Assembly: GCA_003155655.1 (NCBI GenBank)
Contig: PMDS01000025.1
Coordinates: 354 to 64,353, forward strand
From: Melioribacter sp.
GTDB lineage: Bacteria > Bacteroidota > Ignavibacteria > Ignavibacteriales > Melioribacteraceae
Length of the DNA: 64,000 nucleotides
Direction of reading: 5' to 3'
Shown here: piece by piece, positions 56,321-64,000 of the stretch
Position numbering within the stretch: the first letter of the stretch is position 1
Layout: each line of letters begins with the position of its first letter
Translations under genes and position numbers: made by a program
Notes under the pieces: generated by a model
Databases searched by the model: none
Seen by the model: only the letters and a program-made list of their open reading frames with translations
What the model was told of the DNA's origin: nothing

Positions 56321-58549
56321 ATGAAAATATTTTACTTTGCTTTTTGGTTTGTATCTTTTTCTTACTGCTTTGAAAGCTCGGAAATTATCGCCGGCATACA
56401 CAGTAATGATCCACAATTGAAACAGTTGAATATGTACAATAGCGAGGGTAATTCGACTGAGACGGGATTCTATTATATTTCTCCCAGTCAAGGAAGTATT
56501 TTTAACTCGCCTTCGACATCAATTATTATAAAGAATAAATATCCCTTTGACCAGGCAATGCTGACGGCCGGGAATATTATTACTGTTAAAGGTTCGCTAT
56601 CAGGTGTTCATATGGGAAGTGTGAAGCTTGCAGAGAGGGGACAGACGCTTATCTTCATTCCCGATCAGATATTTACTCCCGGAGAAAAAGTGTTTGTTCA
56701 AGTTAATATTCAGGGAGCCAATAAAGTTTCTCTGTCAGCCGCTATGAGTTTTGATTTCAGCATCTCAAGTGGAAGTATTAGCGGGGCCGGAAAAAATCTA
56801 GAAATGATTAGGCAAGAATTTTCGGACCAATCGGTAAAGTCACAGAGCATTTCAGCACCCGCTGGAGGAGCCGGAATTATTAAACTGAATAAAACTACAC
56901 TAGCCCTCCCCTCAGATTTTCCCTCTCTTTCTATTTATTCCAATAACCCTAGTCCGGGGCAGATCTTTATTAGCAATTTTACAGGAACGGCTACCCTCAA
57001 TAATACTCCATTCCTGCTGGTACTGAACAACGATGGTACTCCTTTCTTTTACAAAAAAATGCCCGCGGAGTGTCTCGATTTTAAACTTCAGCCGAACAGC
57101 CAGTTCAGTTATTACGATTTCATCAAAGGTTTTTTCTGTATAATGGATTCAACTTTTACAGTTGTGGACAGCATTACATGTGCCAACGGCTACTCTACGG
57201 ACGTTCATGAGCTTTTACTTGAGAAGGATGGGCGCGCTTTTCTTATCGGCGACGATTATGAAACGGTAGATATGAGCCAGATTGTTCCAGGTGGGAATCC
57301 TGCGGCAGTTGTTATGGGGATTATAATTCAGGAATTTGATAAAGAAAGAAATCTCATTTTTGAATGGAAGAGCTGGGATCATTTTAAGATCACTGATGCA
57401 ACTTCCGATATCGTTCTAACTGCGGCAAAGATAGATTATGTTCATACGAATGCCATCGAGCTTGATAACGACGGCAACCTGATGATAAGCAACAGGCATC
57501 TTGATGAGATTACAAAAATAGACATCAGTACTGGGAATATCATTTGGAGAATGGGAGGAAAAAATAATCAGTTTCGGTTTATAAACGATCCTGTCGGATT
57601 TTCACATCAACATGCAATCAGAAGAATTCCAAACGGAAATGTGACACTTTTCGACGATGGAAATCTACATTTTCAGGTTATGGGGTCGAGAGCTCTGGAA
57701 TATAAGTTGGATGAAATCAATAAAACTGACGAGCTTGTTTGGCAGTATAGAAATAATCCCGAAATTTATTCCACTGCAATGGGCTATGTTCAGCGACTCG
57801 ACAACGGTAATACTTTGATTGGATGGGGACTGGTAAATAATCCTACAGTTTCAGAAGTAACTCCGTCAGGAGAAAAAATAATGGAGATGTCGCTTCCTGA
57901 TCAGATAATAAGTTACCGCGCCTTCAAATTCAATTTAGGAAATTCATATTATTCCTCGCTCGTTCCCAAACCAATTTATCCGCCAGACGGAACTGATCTG
58001 CTGTCGACCTCGATAAAGTTGGTGTGGAATAGAGATAAGTATGCAAAATCGTATTATCTGGAAATTGCAACGGATTCGATGTTCAATAATGTGGTTTACC
58101 ATTATTCGGCAATACTTGATACAACCGTGACCGTTGGTTCGTTAACGCTTGGCATGAAATATTACTAGCATGTCGAAAGCGATAACCTTACCCCGTCGAT
58201 AGGCGGCTATGATGGATTTTCTGTACGCAGAAGTTTTTCCGGTATGGTTACGGGAGTCTTATCTCAGGATAACCTTCCTGCTAATTATGCTCTGCTTCAG
58301 AATTATCCCAATCCATTTAATCCAAGCACAGTTATTAGTTACGAGCTGCCCGTAGGCAAGCACGTTACATTAAAGATCTTTGATTTGCTTGGCAGGGAAG
58401 TAGCAACACTTGTTGATGATTATCAGAATGCTGGTCGATATAATTCTCAATTCTCCATTCTCAATTCTAAATTATCTTCATCGGTTTATTTTTACAGAAT
58501 TCAGGCTGGAGATTTTACACAAACAAAGAAAATGATTCTGATGAAATAA
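56321..58549 (+). pseudogene. Arylsulfotransferase (ASST)-like beta-propeller protein with an FN3-like region and a T9SS C-terminal sorting domain, interrupted by an in-frame TAG at 58166-58168
   Basis: ORF 56321-58168 carries ASST-like motifs (HTNAIELDNDGNLMISNRHLDEITKID, HQHAIRRIPNGNVTLFDDGN). ORF 58244-58549 is in the same frame and encodes a T9SS CTD (NYPNPFNPSTVISYELP...KKMILMK). The TAG falls where FN3-like domains usually have Trp (GMKYY-stop-H compared with the YYW pattern), consistent with a TGG to TAG change. Confidence 0.65.
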
Positions 58550-59108
58550 TTTCGGGCCATTTGGTTATAACGGTCTGTTTTATTCAATGCGGCATTTTCC
58601 AGAACAATGTTATCGGTTCAAAAATAAAGCCTAAGACAACACTAAGGATTTAGGTTCCATAACCAACCCTGCCAAATGTAATTCAGGTATACACCCACAT
58701 ACCTCGTCTAGTAAATTTTTTGTTTGGGAAATTATTTCATTGAAAAGATGTATCAGATTGTAGTTTGATGAGAATGATACGGAAATTACTCATGACGTTT
58801 AGAAGGAATAGTTAACTCATCATTTGGTGTGTTAACTGAGCTTTTCAAGAGTATTGTTGAAAATCTATTCCATCCATTAGTAAATGTATTTATAATCACA
58901 GATTTATTATCCTAAAGTTGACAAACGTATCCTTTATTAATATTTTATTATTGATAATTGGAATGTGGGCAAGGATTTAAAATTCCAATCGATATCACTC
59001 ATAGCTATATAAAATAGATTTCAGAAAGAATTAATTTGTATTGTTATTTAACATAACACATTCTCAGAGTCTTTTTCATTGTCAATTTTTACAATGGAGG
59101 AAAAATAA

Positions 59109-60422
59109 ATGGAAAACGTATGTAATATGACTCCAAAGATTTATCACCCTGGTCAAGTACTTTGTCCGAAGTATTCATTTTTAAAAGTACACATATCCAT
59201 TACAACACTTTTATTATCAACGGTTTTATGCGTGCTTATACTCACTGGATGCAGCCCTTCCGTTGAAGAACGCAAGCGTATAGTAGAATCGACTAATGAT
59301 CAAGCAGTATTGACAAAGATGGTAATTGAAGATTCAGACGAGGATATCCGTTTGGCAGCAATCGAAAAGATCTCAGACCAAGTATTCTTATCAAAGATAG
59401 CCACTAATGATTATTCCATTAAGTTGCGAGAGGTCGCAATCAAGAAGCTGACCGAGCAAGCTGTCTTATATCGTGTAGCCTGTGAAGATAAGGAACTGTC
59501 GCTACGAATTCTAGCCATTGGCAGGATGACAGATCAGCAGTTGTTATCCAGGTTGGCTTCCGAACCGCCTGCTGCTGCTATCCGTCTGGCTGCAGTTGCT
59601 TTGGTGACTAATGATGATTTCCTTTTGTCACGTAGCCGCTTGGACATTTCCGACGCAGTGCGAACAGCGGCTGTGGATGCAATTAAACAGGAAACTTACT
59701 TGGTACGTGTGATCATCGAAAACGATATTGAGGCTCAACGAGAAGCTGCACGCCGGCGTGTAAACGATCCAATGCTTCTCAAGCAAATCAATGTTGCAGA
59801 CCAACAGCGCGCCGCTAAATTGGCGTCGATTAAGAATCAAACCAATAATGATAAGCTGGCTGAAGTCGCATTACATGGTGAATTCGATCTTTTACGTTTA
59901 GAGGCAGCACGACAGCTTAATCAACAGGAAGCACTTGGCAAGGTTTCTAGCGAGACAAAAGACAGAGAAGTTTGTAAAATTGTCTTTGGCAAGTTGACAG
60001 ATCAGAAAGTCTTGCTTGTAGTCAGTGCCAACTCATCGGATAACGCTGTTCGAATTGCAGCTAGTATTAAATCAGGGCAAACCACTTGGGAAAATGTATT
60101 TGACAAAGCTTCAGCGAAAGGGGCTGGCTTGGTTGCTATTGGAGAAGCTTTAGCAGCTGTAGATCTCTTCCCCGAACAAGCAGGTGCGAAAGAAGGTGTT
60201 GTCCAAGCATGCTTAAACTTTATTAAACAGGGTGATGAGACACGCATTCCGGAATTAGCCGATTTGCTCGATCTCTATGGAGATGTATCGCTGACCGAGG
60301 ACTATCTGAACTGCGGTCAACCAGATCTAGATGTCGCGGGCCGCAAATGGGCTGGAAATCATGGGTATGACGTAGGCAGTGGGAACGGCTCAAATCGTGC
60401 TACATGGGGTAGCAACAAATAG
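59109..60422 (+). CDS. HEAT/PBS-lyase-like repeat lipoprotein
   Basis: 437 aa with a lipobox (LTGCSPS) and repeated ...VRLAAVEKL.DQ..L..VA..D... units. Its codon usage is noticeably more GC-rich than its neighbours. Confidence 0.55.
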   Translation: MENVCNMTPKIYHPGQVLCPKYSFLKVHISITTLLLSTVLCVLILTGCSPSVEERKRIVESTNDQAVLTKMVIEDSDEDIRLAAIEKISDQVFLSKIATNDYSIKLREVAIKKLTEQAVLYRVACEDKELSLRILAIGRMTDQQLLSRLASEPPAAAIRLAAVALVTNDDFLLSRSRLDISDAVRTAAVDAIKQETYLVRVIIENDIEAQREAARRRVNDPMLLKQINVADQQRAAKLASIKNQTNNDKLAEVALHGEFDLLRLEAARQLNQQEALGKVSSETKDREVCKIVFGKLTDQKVLLVVSANSSDNAVRIAASIKSGQTTWENVFDKASAKGAGLVAIGEALAAVDLFPEQAGAKEGVVQACLNFIKQGDETRIPELADLLDLYGDVSLTEDYLNCGQPDLDVAGRKWAGNHGYDVGSGNGSNRATWGSNK

Positions 60423-60648
60423 TATTTTAAAAAGACTCTAACTTTATTAATAAATAAAAAGTCAATGGGTAAAAAAATATTATTTGAACAATATAATTCC
60501 TCCCTCCTGCCGAATGAGGTCGGCAAGATGAATTTTAAGAAAGTCTTGTGACCGGGCGGAGATGTTTAGTATAAATGTTGATCTAATACAAATTCCCATT
60601 CCTCAAGAAAAATTACTAAATTACTTTCAGTAATTAAGGAGTTCACTT

Positions 60649-61380
60649 ATGAGAAATCTATTTGCAATAATAGTTTTATTATTATCGGTTTATATTCTAA
60701 AAGCTCAGAATAATTTCCAAACGGATATAATAAAAACATCAGCCGGTGATTTGAAAATAACTTTCATTGGCCATGGCACATTAATGTTTGAATTTAAAAA
60801 TATTATAACTCATATCGATCCGGTCAGCAGGTATGCAGATTACTCCCAATTACCAAAAGCCGATTTAATATTAATCACTCACCATCATGGAGATCATTTG
60901 GATCCGAAAGCAATTGAAACGATAAAAAAAGATGGTACGAAATTATTTTGTAATGAAGCGTCCCTTCAAACAGCGAAAAGTGGCTCTGTTCTAAAGAACG
61001 GTGATACAGCTTCATTCAATGGGATTAAAATTTTAGCAGTCCCTGCTTATAACATCATTAACAAAAGTGAAACAGGGCAAGCTTTTCATCCAAAGGGAAT
61101 GGGAAATGGTTATGTACTGACTTTTGCAAACGTAAAAGTTTATGTGGCTGGTGATACTGAAAATGTGCCGGAGATGAAAAATCTTAATGGTATTGATATC
61201 GCTTTTCTGCCAATGAACTTGCCTTATACTATGACTCCGTCAATGGTTGCAGATGCAGTAAAAATGTTTAATCCTAAAATTCTTTATCCTTATCATTATG
61301 GAAATACCAACGTTAATGAGTTAGTAGAACTATTGAAAGATAAAAAAGATTGTGAAGTACGAATTCGAAAAATGAATTAG
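60649..61380 (+). CDS. MBL-fold metallo-hydrolase (secreted)
   Basis: 243 aa with a signal peptide, an HHHGDH motif and downstream His/Asp ligands. Confidence 0.8.
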   Translation: MRNLFAIIVLLLSVYILKAQNNFQTDIIKTSAGDLKITFIGHGTLMFEFKNIITHIDPVSRYADYSQLPKADLILITHHHGDHLDPKAIETIKKDGTKLFCNEASLQTAKSGSVLKNGDTASFNGIKILAVPAYNIINKSETGQAFHPKGMGNGYVLTFANVKVYVAGDTENVPEMKNLNGIDIAFLPMNLPYTMTPSMVADAVKMFNPKILYPYHYGNTNVNELVELLKDKKDCEVRIRKMN

Positions 61381-61420
61381 ATATTATGTCTTGTCTTTGA
61401 AATTAATCGTTGCACTTTCC
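61354..61420. repeat. Direct repeat copy 1 (66-67 bp), covering the last 9 codons of the MBL gene plus ~40 bp downstream
   Basis: About 94% identical to 61489-61554. Confidence 0.75.
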
Positions 61421-61423
61421 AGG

Positions 61424-61483
61424 CAGTCAAGGACCACTCCTTGACTGTACAAACATTCTCTGTCGAGGAATGGTCCTCGACAG
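61424..61483. repeat. Tandem pair of perfect 10-bp-stem hairpins (CAGTCAAGGA-ccac-TCCTTGACTG and CTGTCGAGGA-atgg-TCCTCGACAG) flanked by the 66 bp direct repeats
   Basis: Read directly from the sequence. The two stems differ at two positions, both compensated on the opposite arm. Confidence 0.75.
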
Positions 61484-61488
61484 CCGAG

Positions 61489-61554
61489 GAAGTACGGATT
61501 CGAAAAATGAATTAAATATTATGTCTTGTCTTTGGAATTAATCGTTGCACTTTT
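61489..61554. repeat. Direct repeat copy 2 (66 bp)
   Basis: See 61354-61420. Confidence 0.75.
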
Positions 61555-61658
61555 TTCCATTATGGAAGGCGAAAAATCCTCACGTCCGGGTACTTACTTT
61601 CACGCTAAACGTATTTTATATGGGCTGTCATTAATCGGTTTTTTTTATTCGGGAAAAA

Positions 61659-61940
61659 TTATTCTTCATCAATAGTTGCTGTTCCGGTTCCTTTACTTGC
61701 ATCCCAATGCAGCGTAATTTTTACAGCCTTGCAAAGATCTAAGTCTGTCCATTCAAGAGAATTACCGGATGAGTCTTTAACTTTCAAATCCCATTTACAA
61801 ACATTTTCTCTGGGATGGAATTTGATATCTAATGATTGATCGGTATCAAGAGCATCCTGGCCTAAAATGTCTGCTCCCCAGTCATCGGATGAAGATGGAG
61901 AAATGTGTAGGTTGTTAATAACCACGCCTGTTTTGTTCAC
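61659..61940 (-). CDS. Hypothetical secreted protein. The true start is probably upstream at CTG 62030, with a GGAGGG SD and an in-frame signal peptide.
   Basis: The track ORF starts at a GTG. The in-frame upstream extension encodes a typical signal peptide (KKTLIKVFILILVSLATKTFAQG). It has no ATG but has a strong SD 5 nt before a CTG. Confidence 0.4.
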   Translation of the reverse strand: MNKTGVVINNLHISPSSSDDWGADILGQDALDTDQSLDIKFHPRENVCKWDLKVKDSSGNSLEWTDLDLCKAVKITLHWDASKGTGTATIDEE

Positions 61941-62292
61941 GAGCGTAAAGTCCTGCCTGCCTTGTGCAAAGGTTTTTGTAGCAAGTGAGACTAGGATTAA
62001 AATGAATACTTTGATTAATGTTTTTTTCAGTGCACCCTCCGCATAATTTAATTTGTTATTTAATAACTGCTCGATCAGATCTATTTTTTTTAACCCAGCT
62101 CAAAAATTTCTCTTATAATCACAAAGACTATGCCGCAAAAATATATCCTAAAAATATTAAAACGCAATTAGAAAATTTTAATCTTGTTCTATATAAAATA
62201 CTTTCATTTTACTTTATTAGACACTTATTTCAAAACGATTTTTTTGGGGGTGTAATTTGTAAGATGAATGTAATCACAGGGATATAATGAGC

Positions 62293-62844
62293 TTAATACC
62301 TGAAGCACTCTGTAATATGGTCATTAACCATTCCGACAGCCTGCATAAATGCATAACATATTGTCGACCCCGTAAATTTGAATCCACGCTTTTTTAAGTC
62401 CTTGCTCATTGCATCAGACATACTGGTTTTGGGCGGTATGTCTTTTAAGCTTTTATAATTATTCTTAACAGGTTTACCGCCAACAAACTGCCATATATAT
62501 TTATCGAAGGAACCAAATTCCTTTTGTACTTCAAGAAAACATTTGGCGTTTTGAATTGCAGCCCCTATTTTCAACCTGTTGCGTACAATGCCTTCATTTT
62601 GCAATAGCTGCTTCACTTTTTTAGCATTATATGCTGCAATTTTCTTTGCGTCAAAATTATCGAATGCCGCACGGTAATTATCCCGTTTGCGTAAAATTGT
62701 AATCCAGCTCAACCCGGCTTGCGCTCCTTCAAGTATTAACATTTCGAATAGTTTTCGGTCGTCATGAACAGGCACACCCCATTCTTCATCATGGTATTTT
62801 TGATATAGTGGATCATTACTTGACCACGGGCATCTTTGCTTCAT
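62293..62844 (-). CDS. tag: DNA-3-methyladenine glycosylase I
   Basis: 183 aa. CPWSSNDPLYQKYHDEEWGVP...LEGAQAGLSW matches the Tag family, including the zinc-binding Cys/His pattern. Confidence 0.85.
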   Translation of the reverse strand: MKQRCPWSSNDPLYQKYHDEEWGVPVHDDRKLFEMLILEGAQAGLSWITILRKRDNYRAAFDNFDAKKIAAYNAKKVKQLLQNEGIVRNRLKIGAAIQNAKCFLEVQKEFGSFDKYIWQFVGGKPVKNNYKSLKDIPPKTSMSDAMSKDLKKRGFKFTGSTICYAFMQAVGMVNDHITECFRY

Positions 62845-62859
62845 ATTACCTCAACAATT

Positions 62860-63327
62860 TTAATTCGGAAGTCTTCCAAATATTCCTTTGATCCATCTGT
62901 GAGCTTTATGCCCGAATACAAGCGGCTCTGCAAACATAAGTATGCACTCATTATGCACAACATCAATATTATTTTTTTTACAATATTCTATTGCTTCAAA
63001 TGATTCGGAACCCTGCTGCATCCAGATATTATTAATTTTTAATCCGGCAGCTTCTTTAACAACTTTTTCTGTTTCATCCGCTTTAACGCTAATAAAAACT
63101 CCGCCGGGTTTCTCCGGCAGTTCATGCAAATTAGGATAGCATTTTTCTCCGTTTACTTCGCTCATGTTGGGGTTTACAGGATAAACTTTGTATCCTTTGC
63201 TTTTAAGTTCTTTATAAGCAGCGGTTCCAAATTTCCTTTCATTTCTCGAAACACCCACAATTGCAATAGTCTTTTGTGCTAAAAAAATTTCCACCGATTG
63301 TTTACTTGTTCTCATTTCATCCCTCAT
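62860..63327 (-). CDS. CoA-binding domain protein (YccU-like)
   Basis: 155 aa. KTIAIVGVSRNERKFG matches the Rossmann-like CoA-binding fold. Confidence 0.75.
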   Translation of the reverse strand: MRDEMRTSKQSVEIFLAQKTIAIVGVSRNERKFGTAAYKELKSKGYKVYPVNPNMSEVNGEKCYPNLHELPEKPGGVFISVKADETEKVVKEAAGLKINNIWMQQGSESFEAIEYCKKNNIDVVHNECILMFAEPLVFGHKAHRWIKGIFGRLPN

Positions 63328-64000
63328 TTATTTTATCCAGATTGTTTTAATATTCATAAACTCTTTAATGCCGTAATGAGAAAGTTCTCTGCCGTATCCC
63401 GAATTTTTTATTCCGCCAAACGGCAGGCGCGGATCGGATTTTACCATACCATTAATAAATACTGAGCCGCTTTCTATTTTGCAGGCAAGTTCCTTTGCTT
63501 TAGCAATATTGGAAGTCCAAAGTGAAGCGCCAAGACCAAAAAATGAATCGTTGGCAATTTTAATAGCTTCATTTTCATCTTTAACTTTTATTAAACTTGC
63601 AATAGGTCCGAATATTTCATCGTCATATGCAGGCATACCTTTACGGAGATTGGTTAATATGGTAGGCTCATAAAAATATCCTTCCCTTAAAATTCTCTTG
63701 CCGCCGCAAAGAATTACACCTCCTTTAGAAACAGATTGCTTTACCAGTTCTTCCAGTTCGTTAAGTAGATCTTCACGGGCAATAGGACCCAACTCTGTCG
63801 TACGTTCCATGGGATCGCCGGTCTTAACGGACTTCATCGCAGCAACAAATTTATTCTCAAAATCTTCATAGATCTTTTCAACTACTATAAATCGTTTTGC
63901 AGCTATGCAGCTTTGACCGTTATTAATTAATCTTGCTGTGACTGCGGTTTTTACTGCCTCGTCAATATTCGCATCTTCAAGAACAATAAAAGGATCGCTG
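63328..64000 (-). CDS. Aldehyde dehydrogenase family protein (NAD(P)-dependent; C-terminal part only, truncated by the window end)
   Basis: The ORF is open to the window edge. The C-terminal ALDH motifs are present (EIFGPIASL, PFGGIKNSGYGRE). Confidence 0.8.
   Translation of the reverse strand, partial: SDPFIVLEDANIDEAVKTAVTARLINNGQSCIAAKRFIVVEKIYEDFENKFVAAMKSVKTGDPMERTTELGPIAREDLLNELEELVKQSVSKGGVILCGGKRILREGYFYEPTILTNLRKGMPAYDDEIFGPIASLIKVKDENEAIKIANDSFFGLGASLWTSNIAKAKELACKIESGSVFINGMVKSDPRLPFGGIKNSGYGRELSHYGIKEFMNIKTIWIK

Noticed and set aside
62018-62287. 89-aa plus-strand ORF
   Set aside because: It lies in the promoter/5' region between convergent and divergent real genes, has no RBS, and its translation is low-complexity.
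1-64000. Search for tRNA, tmRNA, rRNA, RNase P and SRP RNA genes
   Set aside because: No T-loop-like GTTCRANYC motifs with matching acceptor stems were found. No conserved cores (GGAAAGTCC for RNase P, the SRP domain IV motif, a tmRNA tag ORF) were found. rRNA-sized non-coding stretches are absent.

Overview
This is a 64 kb window from a low-GC (roughly 35-38%) Bacteroidota/Ignavibacteriota-type (FCB group) genome. The assignment rests on several T9SS C-terminal sorting domains, a FISUMP protein, a BatA-like protein, Bacteroidetes-style TAnnTTTG promoter motifs and a low-GC coding background. I found no rRNA, tRNA or CRISPR array.

The first ~25 kb and 29.6-49.7 kb are mostly core genes: trxA, a HAD hydrolase, an IMPase-family protein, Sua5/TsaC, a PAS histidine kinase, an M24 peptidase, a flotillin, trhO, a SpoIID/LytB protein, a BatA-like protein, hflX, alaS, an ECF sigma factor with its anti-sigma, a PspC-domain protein, an AzgA-family permease with a deaminase, OsmC, MarR, pirin, a DUF1015 protein next to serC, tag, and an aldehyde dehydrogenase that runs off the window end.

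Three stretches look accessory:
- 25.25-29.6 kb is a very AT-rich islet with a class III nucleotidyl cyclase plus small ORFs, followed by a HAL-family ammonia-lyase and an orphan Phd/YefM antitoxin.
- 36.2-42.8 kb holds an SPFH-domain protein and a 1870-aa fusion of a PLP fold-type I aminotransferase-like domain with a full-length but motif-degenerate PEP-carboxylase-like domain. I do not recognise this architecture, and it is the best candidate for an undescribed system.
- 49.75-61.65 kb carries T9SS cargo genes, an ASST-like gene broken by an in-frame TAG, a GC-shifted HEAT-repeat gene, and several repeat structures.

The repeat structures are: three tandem pairs of GC-rich 6-10 bp-stem hairpins whose differences within each pair are base-pair compensatory; 66-85 bp direct duplications of gene 3' ends or internal gene fragments next to these hairpins; a ~110 bp intergenic repeat present twice; and a ~50 bp 3'-UTR-plus-terminator module present in inverted orientation at 1-52 and 12022-12089.

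Other curiosities are an M28 peptidase-cyclophilin-FKBP triple fusion, a HAL with an Ala-Cys-Gly (not Ala-Ser-Gly) MIO motif, an unexplained 140 bp GC-rich island at 15.16-15.30 kb, and a 27-nt heptamer microrepeat shared by alaS and a T9SS CTD fragment.
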